Shown here: positions 1-9,585 of the stretch, in pieces
Layout of the letters: each line of letters begins with the position of its first letter
Position numbering within the stretch: position 1 is the stretch's first letter
Origin: a virus
Taxonomy: Duplodnaviria > Caudoviricetes
DNA length: 61,901 nucleotides
Virus record (IMG/VR): IMGVR_UViG_3300022918_000013
Location: 1-61,901 of that record
Direction: 5' to 3' (one strand)
The notes under the pieces: generated by a model
What the model saw: the letters and a program-made list of their open reading frames with translations, nothing else
What the model was told of the DNA's origin: nothing
Databases searched by the model: none
Program-made: the position numbers and the translations under genes

Positions 1-142
1 GGATATTTTTGTGGCTACCTTTGGCTTTCCTCTTTCCGTTTGTCCGCACTCCAGCCAATATTATGCTGACGGGTATTCGTAAGTCTCCCATTGGCTCTCT
101 TGGCGTCCTATTGAATATCATGAATGGTCTGTACCAACAGAC
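1..142. repeat. Terminal direct repeat (circular overlap), copy 1
   Basis: Matches 61758..61901 except GTGGCTACCT here versus GTGGCTAAACCT at the end. Confidence 0.97.
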
Positions 143-1238
143 TGCTAATGGCGTGCCGTTCTTTAAAACCTACAAGAAGGCGGCGCTTGCTAAGCACCTG
201 ACAGAGCAGCTTGCAGCATTTACGGCACTGACGACTCTTTGGGGCATGTCTGAGGGGGACGACGATGACGACGAGAAGACAGTTCTTCTTGTTGGCGGCA
301 TCCCTTACGATCCGTCCCGCAAAGGTGAGCAGGCTTTTCGCAACCGGACAACCGGCGGTAATTACGTGATCATCACACGTGATAGCAACGGCAAGGAAAC
401 TCGATTCGCTTATGGCCGGTATGAGCCGATTGCCACGGTTCTAGGCACGATTATTGATGGCATCCGCGCTGTGAAGAACATGCAGAAAGCGCAGTCTGTT
501 GGCGCAATCAAAGGCGCTAACCCTTCGGATGCGGTTGTTGCTATCGCCGCCAACTTCATGTCTCAGGTAGATGACAAGACTTTCCTCCAAGGGTTCTCTG
601 ACTTGTCACGCACAGTTCAGGACATCAAGAGTGGCCGCATTTCTGGTGAGGAAGCACACACGAAGACCGCTAAGTCTATCCTCACTTCCTTGGTTCCCAA
701 CATTGTTCGGCAGCCTCTTCGGAATTGGGATGACACGATGCGCGATGGCCGTTACAAGGCTGAGTTCTGGTATCCAGCTTGGCCGGTTGCTGCGAAGGCA
801 CAGCCAATGATGGATATTTATGGCCGCGAGATTGGCAAGGATGGTAATGCCGCCGCTCGGTTACTGATGCCCTTCGCCAACGCTCCCTTGGAGGTAGCGC
901 CTGCTGACGAGATCATTCGCGGCTTCATCCGAAACAACCCGGACGAAGACAACGCTCGCTACTTTGCACCCCTCGACAAGGGAGACTTCTACGTCTTGAA
1001 CGGCAAACAAAAGGTGCCGTTGACTACTCCAAAACAGCGCGCCGTCTTTGAGCGTTACGCGGGTAATCTCTGGCAACAAAAGCAGGCCGCTATTGCTTCA
1101 AAGCTTCCGCGCCAGTTATGGAAGAATCCGCCATCTTCTACTGTTGAGGAGCTTCAGAAGGCCAAGACTCAAGCTTTCCGAACTGCCCGCGAAACTTTAG
1201 GCCGTCCAGGCATTCTTGAAAGTCTATCATCCCGATAA
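9..1238 (+). CDS. C-terminal part of giant polyvalent/ejection protein, continuing from 53134
   Basis: PLAFLFPFVRTPANIM is in frame with the end of the 53134 ORF; YGRYEP and DKTFLQG motifs resemble C-termini of large polyvalent virion proteins. Confidence 0.85.
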   Translation: MWLPLAFLFPFVRTPANIMLTGIRKSPIGSLGVLLNIMNGLYQQTANGVPFFKTYKKAALAKHLTEQLAAFTALTTLWGMSEGDDDDDEKTVLLVGGIPYDPSRKGEQAFRNRTTGGNYVIITRDSNGKETRFAYGRYEPIATVLGTIIDGIRAVKNMQKAQSVGAIKGANPSDAVVAIAANFMSQVDDKTFLQGFSDLSRTVQDIKSGRISGEEAHTKTAKSILTSLVPNIVRQPLRNWDDTMRDGRYKAEFWYPAWPVAAKAQPMMDIYGREIGKDGNAAARLLMPFANAPLEVAPADEIIRGFIRNNPDEDNARYFAPLDKGDFYVLNGKQKVPLTTPKQRAVFERYAGNLWQQKQAAIASKLPRQLWKNPPSSTVEELQKAKTQAFRTARETLGRPGILESLSSR

Positions 1239-1240
1239 AT

Positions 1241-1276
1241 TCAGAGGTTGCTAAATAGCCTCTGACGCCCCATAAT
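1241..1276 (+). promoter_or_regulatory. Sigma70-like promoter for portal with overlapping inverted repeat
   Basis: TTGCTA-17-CATAAT (1248..1276); TCAGAGG/CCTCTGA inverted repeat brackets the -35. Confidence 0.55.
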
Positions 1277-1293
1277 TTCTCCACTCTCCCTAA

Positions 1294-3396
1294 ATGGCCG
1301 ATCCTGACAAAAAAGTTTTAGTCCAAAGTCATCTCCGGCTCAAGCCTGACAGAGAAAAGTTGATGGTCGGTATTGCGTGTGATCGCTTCACTAGCGAGCG
1401 CCAGAACCTAGGTTGGATGTCACAGCGTCAGTACCAAGGCGATTCTTGGTTGTTCAAGCGTTACCAAGCTACTCAATTTAGCGAGTGTGACTATCGCAGC
1501 CGTGCTGTAGCTGGAACCATTTTTGCGCAGTCGAATCTTTCTCTTGCAGCTCCAAAGAGCATGATGGAGATGCACTTGGACAAGATGGTTGATGACCTTC
1601 TACCAAGTGAAAAATTCTTTGGCGTCATGCCAGATGGTCCGGAGGATGTGAATCCGGCGCTCGATCCTGCTGAGCGGTATCTTCAGGCGCGGAGTAAGCG
1701 AGCAAAGCTACTCAACAAGTTCAAAGACAGCTTGAGGGGTTGCTTAACACGCGGAGAATCAGTCTATAAAGCGACAAAAGCCACAATTATCAAGCATGTG
1801 CCAGTCAATGCGCGGCTTGTTTTGGATGCCAATGGCAAGCCTGCAAAAGACTCGCTTGGCGACTTCATCACGGAGTCTGATATTTGGAAGCAAAAAGCAG
1901 ACGCGATTGCTGGCGTTATGTTTCTTGAGCGAGATCCAAAAACGGTTCTCACATTGCCTAGCGGTGTGGCGTTGCCGTTGAGCGAGGAAACTAAGGTTTT
2001 TGTTCGGCCTGAACTGGCACTAGATGGCTGTGATTGGGATTTGCCATACTGGTCTGATATTGTCATTCCTGATACGGCTAAGTCATTGGATGCTACAGAC
2101 TTCCGCGCCCATATCTTTGACGCTTATCCCGAGGATGTTATCAATGGACTGCCACAAGACCGACTGAACAAAGGAGCGGTTGATTCTTATCTTGAGCAGT
2201 ACGCAAACAATGGCGTTGGCACCGCCTCACTTTCTGATGCCGCAGCTCCCGCTGATAATCGCGGAGAAAAACAGCCGCTAGTTGATACGAGCCAAGACAC
2301 TCCACAAAAGAGAACGTATGTGGAAATGTGGTGGCGTTGGGATGCCGACGAAGACCGCAAGAGCGAAGATTTGATGCTGCTTGTCGATCTTGAGGCGCAA
2401 TGGCCGATTGCATACGACTATGCCGCTTTGGTTCTCGACTACTCTGAAAACAAAATTCATCCGTTTGGCCTGAATCGCATCTATCCAGTCGAGTCCCGTT
2501 GGTACGGGCGCGGTTATTGGGATGAAATGGCCGACATGAATTACTTCATTGATTGGTGTTGGAACAATCTCAAGATTGACCTAGCTAACAGTGGGAACAT
2601 GCTTTTCGGCAATCCACAGGCAACCGAGGAAGGTGTAGCAGGCGTGCCGTACAAATTCCGCAGCTCACGCCTTTATCGTAGCCGTGGGCAGTTCACCCCG
2701 GCTGATGCCATGCACGTTGTTACAGTGCCGTCTCAGGCTGGCCCTATCCAAGATAGTATGAATACCATGCTGCAACGGATTCAGGGCCTTGGTGGTAGCG
2801 TAGCATCTGGAGAAACGCCAGTTCCTGGGCTTCCTGGCCGCGATACAGCTACAGCGGCAAACATTGCCAAGTCTCAAAGCGACATCATGGTGCGCGCTCG
2901 GGAAACTGAGTTTGTGCTAGGCATGAACGATGCGTTGCGGATCTTCGCTGATATTGAACTTGGCGACTTTGATTTTGCGTTTGCTAAGAAATTGTTGGGC
3001 GAGCCTGCCGCTCTTGACCTCCAAACTTGGCTGGAGTCAGAGCCTGGAGCCTACCGCGATCATATCGAGGTGAGCATGACAAAGACTCGCTCGACGGATC
3101 TTATTGAGACTTCGATGGCGAAGATTGACCTTACTGATAGGTGGGATGCAACTCTGCCTGAGAACAGGACAAAGGCTCGCCAGCGTTTCTATGCGGACAT
3201 CCTGAAGGCGATGGGCGATCAAGACCCTGAAGGGGCGCTTCCACTGCCGATCCTGCCAACTATGCCCCCTGGCGTTGGCCCTGATGGCTTACCGTTGCCT
3301 GTTGATCCTGCTCTAGCGCCGGAGGTGGTTGATGCCGCCCCAGTTGATCCAATGCTAACCGCCCCACCTGTTGAGGAATTGCAAGCCGCCGCATGA
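1294..3396 (+). CDS. Portal protein (P22/N4-like)
   Basis: 700 aa; YVEMWW, HPF, WYGRG and DTATAA motifs; Pro-rich tail; followed by the usual small ~100-aa gene. Confidence 0.8.
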   Translation: MADPDKKVLVQSHLRLKPDREKLMVGIACDRFTSERQNLGWMSQRQYQGDSWLFKRYQATQFSECDYRSRAVAGTIFAQSNLSLAAPKSMMEMHLDKMVDDLLPSEKFFGVMPDGPEDVNPALDPAERYLQARSKRAKLLNKFKDSLRGCLTRGESVYKATKATIIKHVPVNARLVLDANGKPAKDSLGDFITESDIWKQKADAIAGVMFLERDPKTVLTLPSGVALPLSEETKVFVRPELALDGCDWDLPYWSDIVIPDTAKSLDATDFRAHIFDAYPEDVINGLPQDRLNKGAVDSYLEQYANNGVGTASLSDAAAPADNRGEKQPLVDTSQDTPQKRTYVEMWWRWDADEDRKSEDLMLLVDLEAQWPIAYDYAALVLDYSENKIHPFGLNRIYPVESRWYGRGYWDEMADMNYFIDWCWNNLKIDLANSGNMLFGNPQATEEGVAGVPYKFRSSRLYRSRGQFTPADAMHVVTVPSQAGPIQDSMNTMLQRIQGLGGSVASGETPVPGLPGRDTATAANIAKSQSDIMVRARETEFVLGMNDALRIFADIELGDFDFAFAKKLLGEPAALDLQTWLESEPGAYRDHIEVSMTKTRSTDLIETSMAKIDLTDRWDATLPENRTKARQRFYADILKAMGDQDPEGALPLPILPTMPPGVGPDGLPLPVDPALAPEVVDAAPVDPMLTAPPVEELQAAA

Positions 3397-3689
3397 ACGA
3401 AACCACTTCGAAAACTACTGAAGAGATTACCGCTCAAGAAAAAGCGGCTCGATTCTATGCCTACTGCAAAAAGCTAAAAGCAGACTCTGAGTTTCAAGAG
3501 TACTTCTGGGATAAGCTAGTTGATGATAGGCTAGAGGCCGCTGACTTGGATCTTAAAAATGAGTCTATCAAAGGTGAAGACCTAGCTGTTGCCAGAAAAG
3601 CTTGGAAAATATATCAAGAACTGCATACTCTCTTCGATGATTCTATTGAGTCATACGAAAGAATCCACTCTCAAACTCCCGCCCTTTAA
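3393..3689 (+). CDS. Small protein downstream of portal
   Basis: ATGA overlap with the portal stop; helical. Confidence 0.7.
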   Translation: MNETTSKTTEEITAQEKAARFYAYCKKLKADSEFQEYFWDKLVDDRLEAADLDLKNESIKGEDLAVARKAWKIYQELHTLFDDSIESYERIHSQTPAL

Positions 3690-3694
3690 TCCCT

Positions 3695-4315
3695 ATGTCT
3701 TATATTGACGGTTCAACCACTCCCACTAGGGATGTAAATAGTGCAGTCGAGTTTGCCTCTACGGTGGACTCTACTGGCGCTCATATCCCAATTGTTAGCC
3801 TTTCCGGCGGCGGAGGTGGCGGGCAAACGGTTGTTGGCCCTGCTGCTGATGACGCAGCCGCTTCCGGCAACCCGATCTTAACCGCAGGCAAGGCAATCAA
3901 TGTTGCCTCGCCTCCTGGCGGTTATGCGGTGAATGATGTTAGTACGTTGCGTACAGACAAAGACTCGTCCGCTCTCGTTGTCACTCAAGCCAAACTTACT
4001 CGGGCGGATGATAAAGTATCCGCAGATCCAAATCAGTATTCAACAGTTAGCACTGCCACCCCAGTTACGACAGACAGCACGGTTTTCACTTTGGCGGCAA
4101 ACGAGAAGGGATTTATTCAAAATCTCGATGATGCTGCCGTTTATGTGAAGTATGGGGCAAGCGCATCAAGTTCGTCTTTCAACTTTGTGCTAAAAGCTGG
4201 ATTGGCCGCCGATGATGGTAACGGCGGGTCTCTGGTGATTGATGACTTCATCGGCGCTGTTTCTATCGCTGCTGCCACTGGATCGCCTCGCGTTGCGGCA
4301 TTCAAACTATCATAA
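3695..4315 (+). CDS. Putative virion structural/decoration protein
   Basis: Gly/Ala/Thr-rich; C-terminal beta-rich domain (FIQNLD, VYVKYG). Confidence 0.55.
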   Translation: MSYIDGSTTPTRDVNSAVEFASTVDSTGAHIPIVSLSGGGGGGQTVVGPAADDAAASGNPILTAGKAINVASPPGGYAVNDVSTLRTDKDSSALVVTQAKLTRADDKVSADPNQYSTVSTATPVTTDSTVFTLAANEKGFIQNLDDAAVYVKYGASASSSSFNFVLKAGLAADDGNGGSLVIDDFIGAVSIAAATGSPRVAAFKLS

Positions 4316-4317
4316 TC

Positions 4318-4572
4318 ATGAAACTTGAATCCCCATCGCCAAGCATGGCTGCTGACACTGGATGGACTGCAAACTCCAGTGCGGGCGATAAAACAGCAGT
4401 AGTCACTGACTATGTTTCGACTTTAGACGGAACAATGGTGACAGCTTTAAATGTCGTTTCGGCAGGAACGGGAACAGCTCTTTCTTCCGCCTTGGATGTT
4501 GTTGTGCTTCTGCGTAAAAAAGTTCAAGCCCTTGAAGCTGCGCTAGCACTAAATAAGCTTCCGAATGCGTGA
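4318..4572 (+). CDS. Short fibre-like virion protein
   Basis: DTGWTA and C-terminal coiled coil KVQALEAAL. Confidence 0.5.
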   Translation: MKLESPSPSMAADTGWTANSSAGDKTAVVTDYVSTLDGTMVTALNVVSAGTGTALSSALDVVVLLRKKVQALEAALALNKLPNA

Positions 4573-4575
4573 TCT

Positions 4576-5013
4576 ATGAGTACTGAGCCCAATGGTGTCC
4601 TTCGACGTAACTCAAACCTGCAAATAGCGATTGCGGTTATTGGGCTTATTATTCTCATTGGTGGCCCGATTTACAATCTAGCCTCGCGGGTTGATGCGCA
4701 TGACTTGGCTATCAACAATATCCACACGCAGAATACTCAGAGTTTCGACAATAGAACCATCCTCTCGAAACAGGTTGATGAGAATAAAGCCTCATTGTTT
4801 GAGATGCGTGAAAAGCTTAGCAACGAGGTAACCGAGCGGAACGCCAAGCTTGTCGAAGTTGAAACTCAGTTCGCCTCTACTGAGAACAAGATCAATTCAT
4901 TCATCGCCAATCAGGAGCGATTGAATGCTATCATGTGGAACAAAATAGGAACTCTTGGCACATATCCAAGCGCGCCTTATTTCTTCTCAAATATTAGCCA
5001 GCACGAACGATGA
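4576..5013 (+). CDS. Membrane-anchored coiled-coil protein
   Basis: Transmembrane segment IAIAVIGLIILIGG followed by heptad repeats. Confidence 0.6.
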   Translation: MSTEPNGVLRRNSNLQIAIAVIGLIILIGGPIYNLASRVDAHDLAINNIHTQNTQSFDNRTILSKQVDENKASLFEMREKLSNEVTERNAKLVEVETQFASTENKINSFIANQERLNAIMWNKIGTLGTYPSAPYFFSNISQHER

Positions 5014-5405
5014 GCCTAGGCTTCAAAACATCTCCCACTTGGGGCACAGCTCGCACTTGGCGAACGTCTCCCACTTTCCACGTTAACCCATCTTGGCACA
5101 CTGCGGGGCTTTCGCCACCAGTGGTTGCGCCGATTCTAGTCGTTGATGCGGATGTTGGAAGCTATGTAGCTAATCTCGCCTGGACGCCTAGCAACAATAC
5201 GGGAGCGCCCGGATTTGGGTATGAGATTTACATACAGGTTGATGGCGGTGGGTATACGTTGCTCGATACAGTCACGGATTTGACATACGATTATGACGCT
5301 GGCTCTACGGCTGGCGATTATGATTTCTATGTGACTCCCAAAAATGATGCGGGCTCAGGCCCTGAAAGTAACATAGGAAGCATTGCCCTGCCGGGGGAGC
5401 TATAA
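5010..5405 (+). CDS. Fibronectin-III-like virion protein, probably extended to 5476 by -1 frameshift
   Basis: LAWTP, GYEIY, YDFYVTPKNDAGSGPES pattern of FN3 domains. Confidence 0.75.
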   Translation: MSLGFKTSPTWGTARTWRTSPTFHVNPSWHTAGLSPPVVAPILVVDADVGSYVANLAWTPSNNTGAPGFGYEIYIQVDGGGYTLLDTVTDLTYDYDAGSTAGDYDFYVTPKNDAGSGPESNIGSIALPGEL

Positions 5406-5478
5406 CGGCTCGCCTCCTTGAAGATGGGGCGGGCCGGTATCTCGAAGACGGAGCAGTTAGAAACTTGGAAGGCTAAAC

Positions 5479-6804
5479 ATGGCAGGCAAAATTACAGACT
5501 TAACAGAACTGACGAGCGGCAATTTAGCCGACGCGGATCTTGCTGAAGTGGTGGACACTTCCGATACGTCGATGGCTCCCACGGGAACCAACAAAAAGGC
5601 GCTTTGGAGTACTATCTGGACTTACATCAAAAGTAAGGCTGACCCCACTTACGCCACCGCAGCCCAAGGCGCTACCGCCGATAGTGCCGTTCAGCCTGGA
5701 GATTTAGCAACAGTCGCCACCTCTGGAAGCGCTTCGGATTTAGGAACGGGCACTTTGCCCGCCGCTCGCTTGCCCGCCCCAGGGACAACCACTCTTGGCG
5801 GCGTAAAGCGTAACACTGGCGCAGGCGGTCAATTCGTCTCCGGCGTTGATACTGATGGGTCTCTGCTTTACAGCACTCCATCAGGAAGCGGAGATGTGGT
5901 AGGGCCTGCGTCTGCAACTGATAACGGCATTCCTCTTTACGACGGGACGACAGGCAAACTGCTCAAAGATAGTACGGTGACTTCTACCGTCTTAACCGTT
6001 CAATCTGCTGGTACTGCCTCAGTTCGTGCCATCGGAACTGGAGGAACAGATGCTTGTGCGGGCAATGACAGCCGCCTTTCTGACGCTCGCATGCCTACTA
6101 GTCACGCTTCTTCTCATGTAACAGGCGGTTCTGACAAAATCCGTGACGCTTCTGCAAGTCAGGACGGCCTAATGACCGCCGCCTACGGAACGAAACTTGA
6201 TGGCATCGAAGCTCTAGCAGACGTGACGGATGCGGGCAATATCGGCCCGGCCATCAACGGAACATCCTCAAAAGGATCTCTCGCTGATGGTGACAAGATC
6301 CCAATTCTTGATTCTGCCGCTTCCAATGTCCTGAAGTACATTCTCGGAAGCACGCTTAAAGCTCTTTTTGCGCTCACTGGTGCAATCACTAGCTCGACAC
6401 TCACGATGACCACGGCGCGGCTTCTTGGGCGCACCACTGGCAGCACTGGCGCTGTTGAGGAACTGACGGTTGGCGGCTCTTTAGTGCTTGCTAGTGGCGT
6501 TCTATCGTCCCGAATGGCTATCGTCACTGAGACAGGAACAACCCGCACTTGGACGACAGCAGATGCGGGCAAGTGGATTCGTTTCACGAACGCCTCGGGT
6601 TGTTCATATACGATTCCAGGCTCAACGGCTTCAGGCGAAGAAGAAACAGCGATTGAGCAAGCTGCCGCCGGTCAAGTTACACTTGTAGAAAGCAGCTTCA
6701 CTATCAACAAGGTTTCGACGCTCAAGACTCGCGTTCAATCTTCCGTCATTGGCCTCAAGTTTGTGAGTTCTAGTGTTGCCACTTTAACGGGAGACACGCA
6801 ATGA
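5479..6804 (+). CDS. Tail fibre protein
   Basis: MAGKITDLTEL start; GDVVGPASATDN and DSRLSDARMPTSHASSH fibre repeats. Confidence 0.8.
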   Translation: MAGKITDLTELTSGNLADADLAEVVDTSDTSMAPTGTNKKALWSTIWTYIKSKADPTYATAAQGATADSAVQPGDLATVATSGSASDLGTGTLPAARLPAPGTTTLGGVKRNTGAGGQFVSGVDTDGSLLYSTPSGSGDVVGPASATDNGIPLYDGTTGKLLKDSTVTSTVLTVQSAGTASVRAIGTGGTDACAGNDSRLSDARMPTSHASSHVTGGSDKIRDASASQDGLMTAAYGTKLDGIEALADVTDAGNIGPAINGTSSKGSLADGDKIPILDSAASNVLKYILGSTLKALFALTGAITSSTLTMTTARLLGRTTGSTGAVEELTVGGSLVLASGVLSSRMAIVTETGTTRTWTTADAGKWIRFTNASGCSYTIPGSTASGEEETAIEQAAAGQVTLVESSFTINKVSTLKTRVQSSVIGLKFVSSSVATLTGDTQ

Positions 6805-7436
6805 GCTTAATGCAAGTGATTGCTAGCAGTCGCCCTAGAGGCGGTGGTGGTGGGGGTGTCACCTTCGTTTCAACTGGGCCGGTCTCTGTGAATACAAATG
6901 TCACGCTGCCAACCGGACTAGCTAATGGGGATATACTTGTAGCGTTTATAACAAATATCACGCCAGCAGATATAAAGCTACCTACTGGATGGACTAGGGC
7001 AAAGACAGATTACACTTGGACAACGTACGCCTACGCAACAATGGTTGCTTACCATGTGGTAACAAACGCTGGTAGTGAGCCGTCTAATTTAGCATTTGAT
7101 AATGGCGGTGGAGCTAACCGGAGTGGAGTAATCGTCAACTATCGAGGATCTTCAGGCCTTGTTGCGGCTGGCAACTTTTCTCAAACTGGCTCTACGGCTA
7201 TGGGGGTTTCGGCTGTAGTCGGGACTGGATTGCTGTTGTCCATGGTTAGCCAATTACAGATTGGAACAAATAATTCCATAAGTGCGCCAAGTGGCATGAC
7301 TGGAAGGATTGACTCAGCAAGCGGCGGATTCTTCCATATAGGAATCGCAGATCTAGCCGCCAATGATGCTGCTTCCAAAGCTTTCTCTGTCTCCGCCAAT
7401 GCCTATTCAGCAGTCACCATCAGTTTAGTCCTTTGA
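6801..7436 (+). CDS. Tail-tip / receptor-binding-associated protein
   Basis: LPTGLANGDILVAF, PTGWT and APSGMT beta-sandwich motifs; AT-richer DNA. Confidence 0.6.
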   Translation: MSLMQVIASSRPRGGGGGGVTFVSTGPVSVNTNVTLPTGLANGDILVAFITNITPADIKLPTGWTRAKTDYTWTTYAYATMVAYHVVTNAGSEPSNLAFDNGGGANRSGVIVNYRGSSGLVAAGNFSQTGSTAMGVSAVVGTGLLLSMVSQLQIGTNNSISAPSGMTGRIDSASGGFFHIGIADLAANDAASKAFSVSANAYSAVTISLVL

Positions 7437-7437
7437 T

Positions 7438-7938
7438 ATGTCTTACCAATTCTACAGAACAAGCGGCCAGATAGGTCTTTATGGAGTCATTCGGCCATCG
7501 CCATACACAGTGGATGGCGAGCCAGGAGAGCTACCTCCTGACACCATCGAGGCTTATCTTGTTTATGAGCCGTATCCAACTGACATGACTGTTACTCAAA
7601 AAGCAGTCCCTCAAAATACCTTAGATGGCTCCGTTTACACATTTGGGTGGTTAGTCGAGGAGATGACGCCGGAAGAGATTCAGGCCTCTATCCCGACTAT
7701 CACGCCTCGCCAGATGCGCCTATGGCTAAATAATCAGCCGACATGGAAAACAGCCATCAAAGCATTCCTAAACAGCCTGCCCGCTGGTCAGCAAAAAGAT
7801 GATGCGATTGACCAATGGGAATACGCGACTGCAATTCTTCGCAACAATGAGTTGGTTGAGGTTGTCAGAACTCAAGTGCTGCACTTGACCGTTGAGGAGA
7901 TGAACCAAGCATTTAGAGAGGCGGCGCTTATCTTATGA
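7438..7938 (+). CDS. Tail fibre assembly-like protein
   Basis: ITPRQMRLWL and WEYATAILR motifs, commonly found after tail fibre genes. Confidence 0.6.
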   Translation: MSYQFYRTSGQIGLYGVIRPSPYTVDGEPGELPPDTIEAYLVYEPYPTDMTVTQKAVPQNTLDGSVYTFGWLVEEMTPEEIQASIPTITPRQMRLWLNNQPTWKTAIKAFLNSLPAGQQKDDAIDQWEYATAILRNNELVEVVRTQVLHLTVEEMNQAFREAALIL

Positions 7939-8342
7939 TCCAACATTTCCACGATCTTCCGCAACAAGTCGCTGTTTGTGTCATCGGCGCGGCCACTTCA
8001 GCGATAACGATTCTTGGCACATGGCTTGCGCCGGTCTTCGGGTTTATTGATCCTGCCGTTGCGGACAAGTGGGGGATGCAGGGAATTTACATCACGGCCA
8101 TTGTTTCTCTAACTGGCTTTATTTTGTTCATGCTGCGGTGGGTGGCGACGATTGGCATTGCCACAATCAAAGAGAACACTTCGGCTCTTCATGAGGTGGC
8201 CGCATCTAATCGAGAGCTGAACGCGACCAACGCTCGCCAGAATTCTTATTTTGAAGAGATTTCCAAAAAGTCTTTGGACGAACGCTTAGCCTCTCAATCC
8301 TACCAGGAACCTCCAACACGCCGCCGAAACTCCCCACGATGA
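7935..8342 (+). CDS. Holin-like membrane protein
   Basis: Two hydrophobic segments; upstream of the endolysin. Confidence 0.5.
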   Translation: MIQHFHDLPQQVAVCVIGAATSAITILGTWLAPVFGFIDPAVADKWGMQGIYITAIVSLTGFILFMLRWVATIGIATIKENTSALHEVAASNRELNATNARQNSYFEEISKKSLDERLASQSYQEPPTRRRNSPR

Positions 8343-8689
8343 AACAAACACTGATCAAAATCTTCGCCACCCAGGATAAAGGCCACATCCTTTCCGGCGC
8401 AATCGCTCGCTGGCTTGGCGGCGTCATTGGCGGCGGTCTTGTCTGGCTAGGTGCTCAGCTCCCCATCTTTGCGATGACTCCTGAGACTGTTGGTATTGTC
8501 TCTGGGTTCTCTGGTTTCGCTACGCAGATTCTTATCTCTGATTGGGTGCAACGGAACACTAAGGAGGGCGTGAAAGAAATGCAGGAAGTTATCAACGCGG
8601 CGGGCATAGCAGAACCGATTCCTACAGACGGGATACCGGGTCCTGTCACGATTCAGGCTCACATCAACACGGTTGCCGCAAAGATTTAA
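8339..8689 (+). CDS. Membrane protein of the lysis cassette
   Basis: Two transmembrane segments; C-terminal DGIPGPVT resembles a peptidoglycan-binding motif. Confidence 0.5.
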   Translation: MKQTLIKIFATQDKGHILSGAIARWLGGVIGGGLVWLGAQLPIFAMTPETVGIVSGFSGFATQILISDWVQRNTKEGVKEMQEVINAAGIAEPIPTDGIPGPVTIQAHINTVAAKI

Positions 8690-8700
8690 TCTCTCAATTT

Positions 8701-8829
8701 ATGACTCTTATCCTTCTCGCCTTTGCTATCGTCTGCGCCATTCTTGCCGCTGTTGGCGTTGGCGCTCCTCGCTTCCATCTTGGATGGGCTGCTATTGCTC
8801 TTTATCTCATCACTCTGATTCTACGCTGA
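8701..8829 (+). CDS. 42-aa two-TM peptide (not in ORF track)
   Basis: MTLILLAFAIVCAILAAVGVGAPRFHLGWAAIALYLITLILR fills the gap before the endolysin. Confidence 0.65.
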   Translation: MTLILLAFAIVCAILAAVGVGAPRFHLGWAAIALYLITLILR

Positions 8830-8833
8830 TTTT

Positions 8834-9343
8834 ATGCCTCCAGTTCCATTTTCTGAATTGCTCGTTCGTGTTGCCTTAAAAGAAGTGGGCGTACAGGAGG
8901 TGGATGGAACTAATTGCGGACCGCGTGTGAACGAATACAAGGCGGCTACATGGCTCCCGGCTGATAAGCCTTGGCCGTGGTGCGCTGCGTTCGTTTGCTG
9001 GTGCATACGTGAGGCAATGAAGATCCAAGGTTCTGACAAGAACGAAAGGCCTTACACTTTCGAGCGCCCGCAAACGGCTGGCGCATGGGATTTCGAGAAT
9101 TGGTCGCTCAAGCAGGACAATTCAACGCAAACCAAAAAACCTCATCACGATGACATTAAGCGTGGCGACATTGTAATCTTTTCTTTCTCCCACATTGGCA
9201 TAGCTATTGAAGATGCTCGAAGCGGTATGGTGGCTACTTGTGAAGGGAATACAGATGCCGCAGGTTCGCGTGAAGGTGGTGGAGTCTTTCAAAAGGTCCG
9301 TAAGCTTTCGCAAATTCGGAGTCGCATTCGGTTCACGGTTTAA
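8834..9343 (+). CDS. CHAP-domain endolysin
   Basis: PWCAAFV, SHIGI and EGNT catalytic motifs. Confidence 0.88.
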   Translation: MPPVPFSELLVRVALKEVGVQEVDGTNCGPRVNEYKAATWLPADKPWPWCAAFVCWCIREAMKIQGSDKNERPYTFERPQTAGAWDFENWSLKQDNSTQTKKPHHDDIKRGDIVIFSFSHIGIAIEDARSGMVATCEGNTDAAGSREGGGVFQKVRKLSQIRSRIRFTV

Positions 9344-9585
9344 TCCCCGCTCCACTCCTGCCAATATCTCCGATTGGCTAACATCCCGCGCTCAACTGCC
9401 AAGCTCAGCGCCTCTTGATCGCCCTCTTCTTCCGCCTCGATGGCATCTAAAAGAGCCATTTGCGTTTGTTGGCACCAAAAATCAGCCTGAATCCGCCGTT
9501 GTTTTAAGCGCTCAGGGTCTTCACGTCGCCGCAAAGTCCATAAGACTATTACAGAGAAGATAATGCATCCTATAATGACGCTCAC
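9340..9585 (-). CDS. Small membrane-anchored protein
   Basis: GTG start overlapping the upstream stop; N-terminal TM. Confidence 0.55.
   Translation of the reverse strand: MSVIIGCIIFSVIVLWTLRRREDPERLKQRRIQADFWCQQTQMALLDAIEAEEEGDQEALSLAVERGMLANRRYWQEWSGD

Noticed and set aside
1-142. Biological terminal repeat of the packaged genome
   Set aside because: It falls mid-gene and is of assembly-overlap size, so it is better explained as circularisation.
5406-5436. Intrinsic terminator
   Set aside because: No U tract, and it lies inside a protein-like -1 frame within a tightly packed operon.
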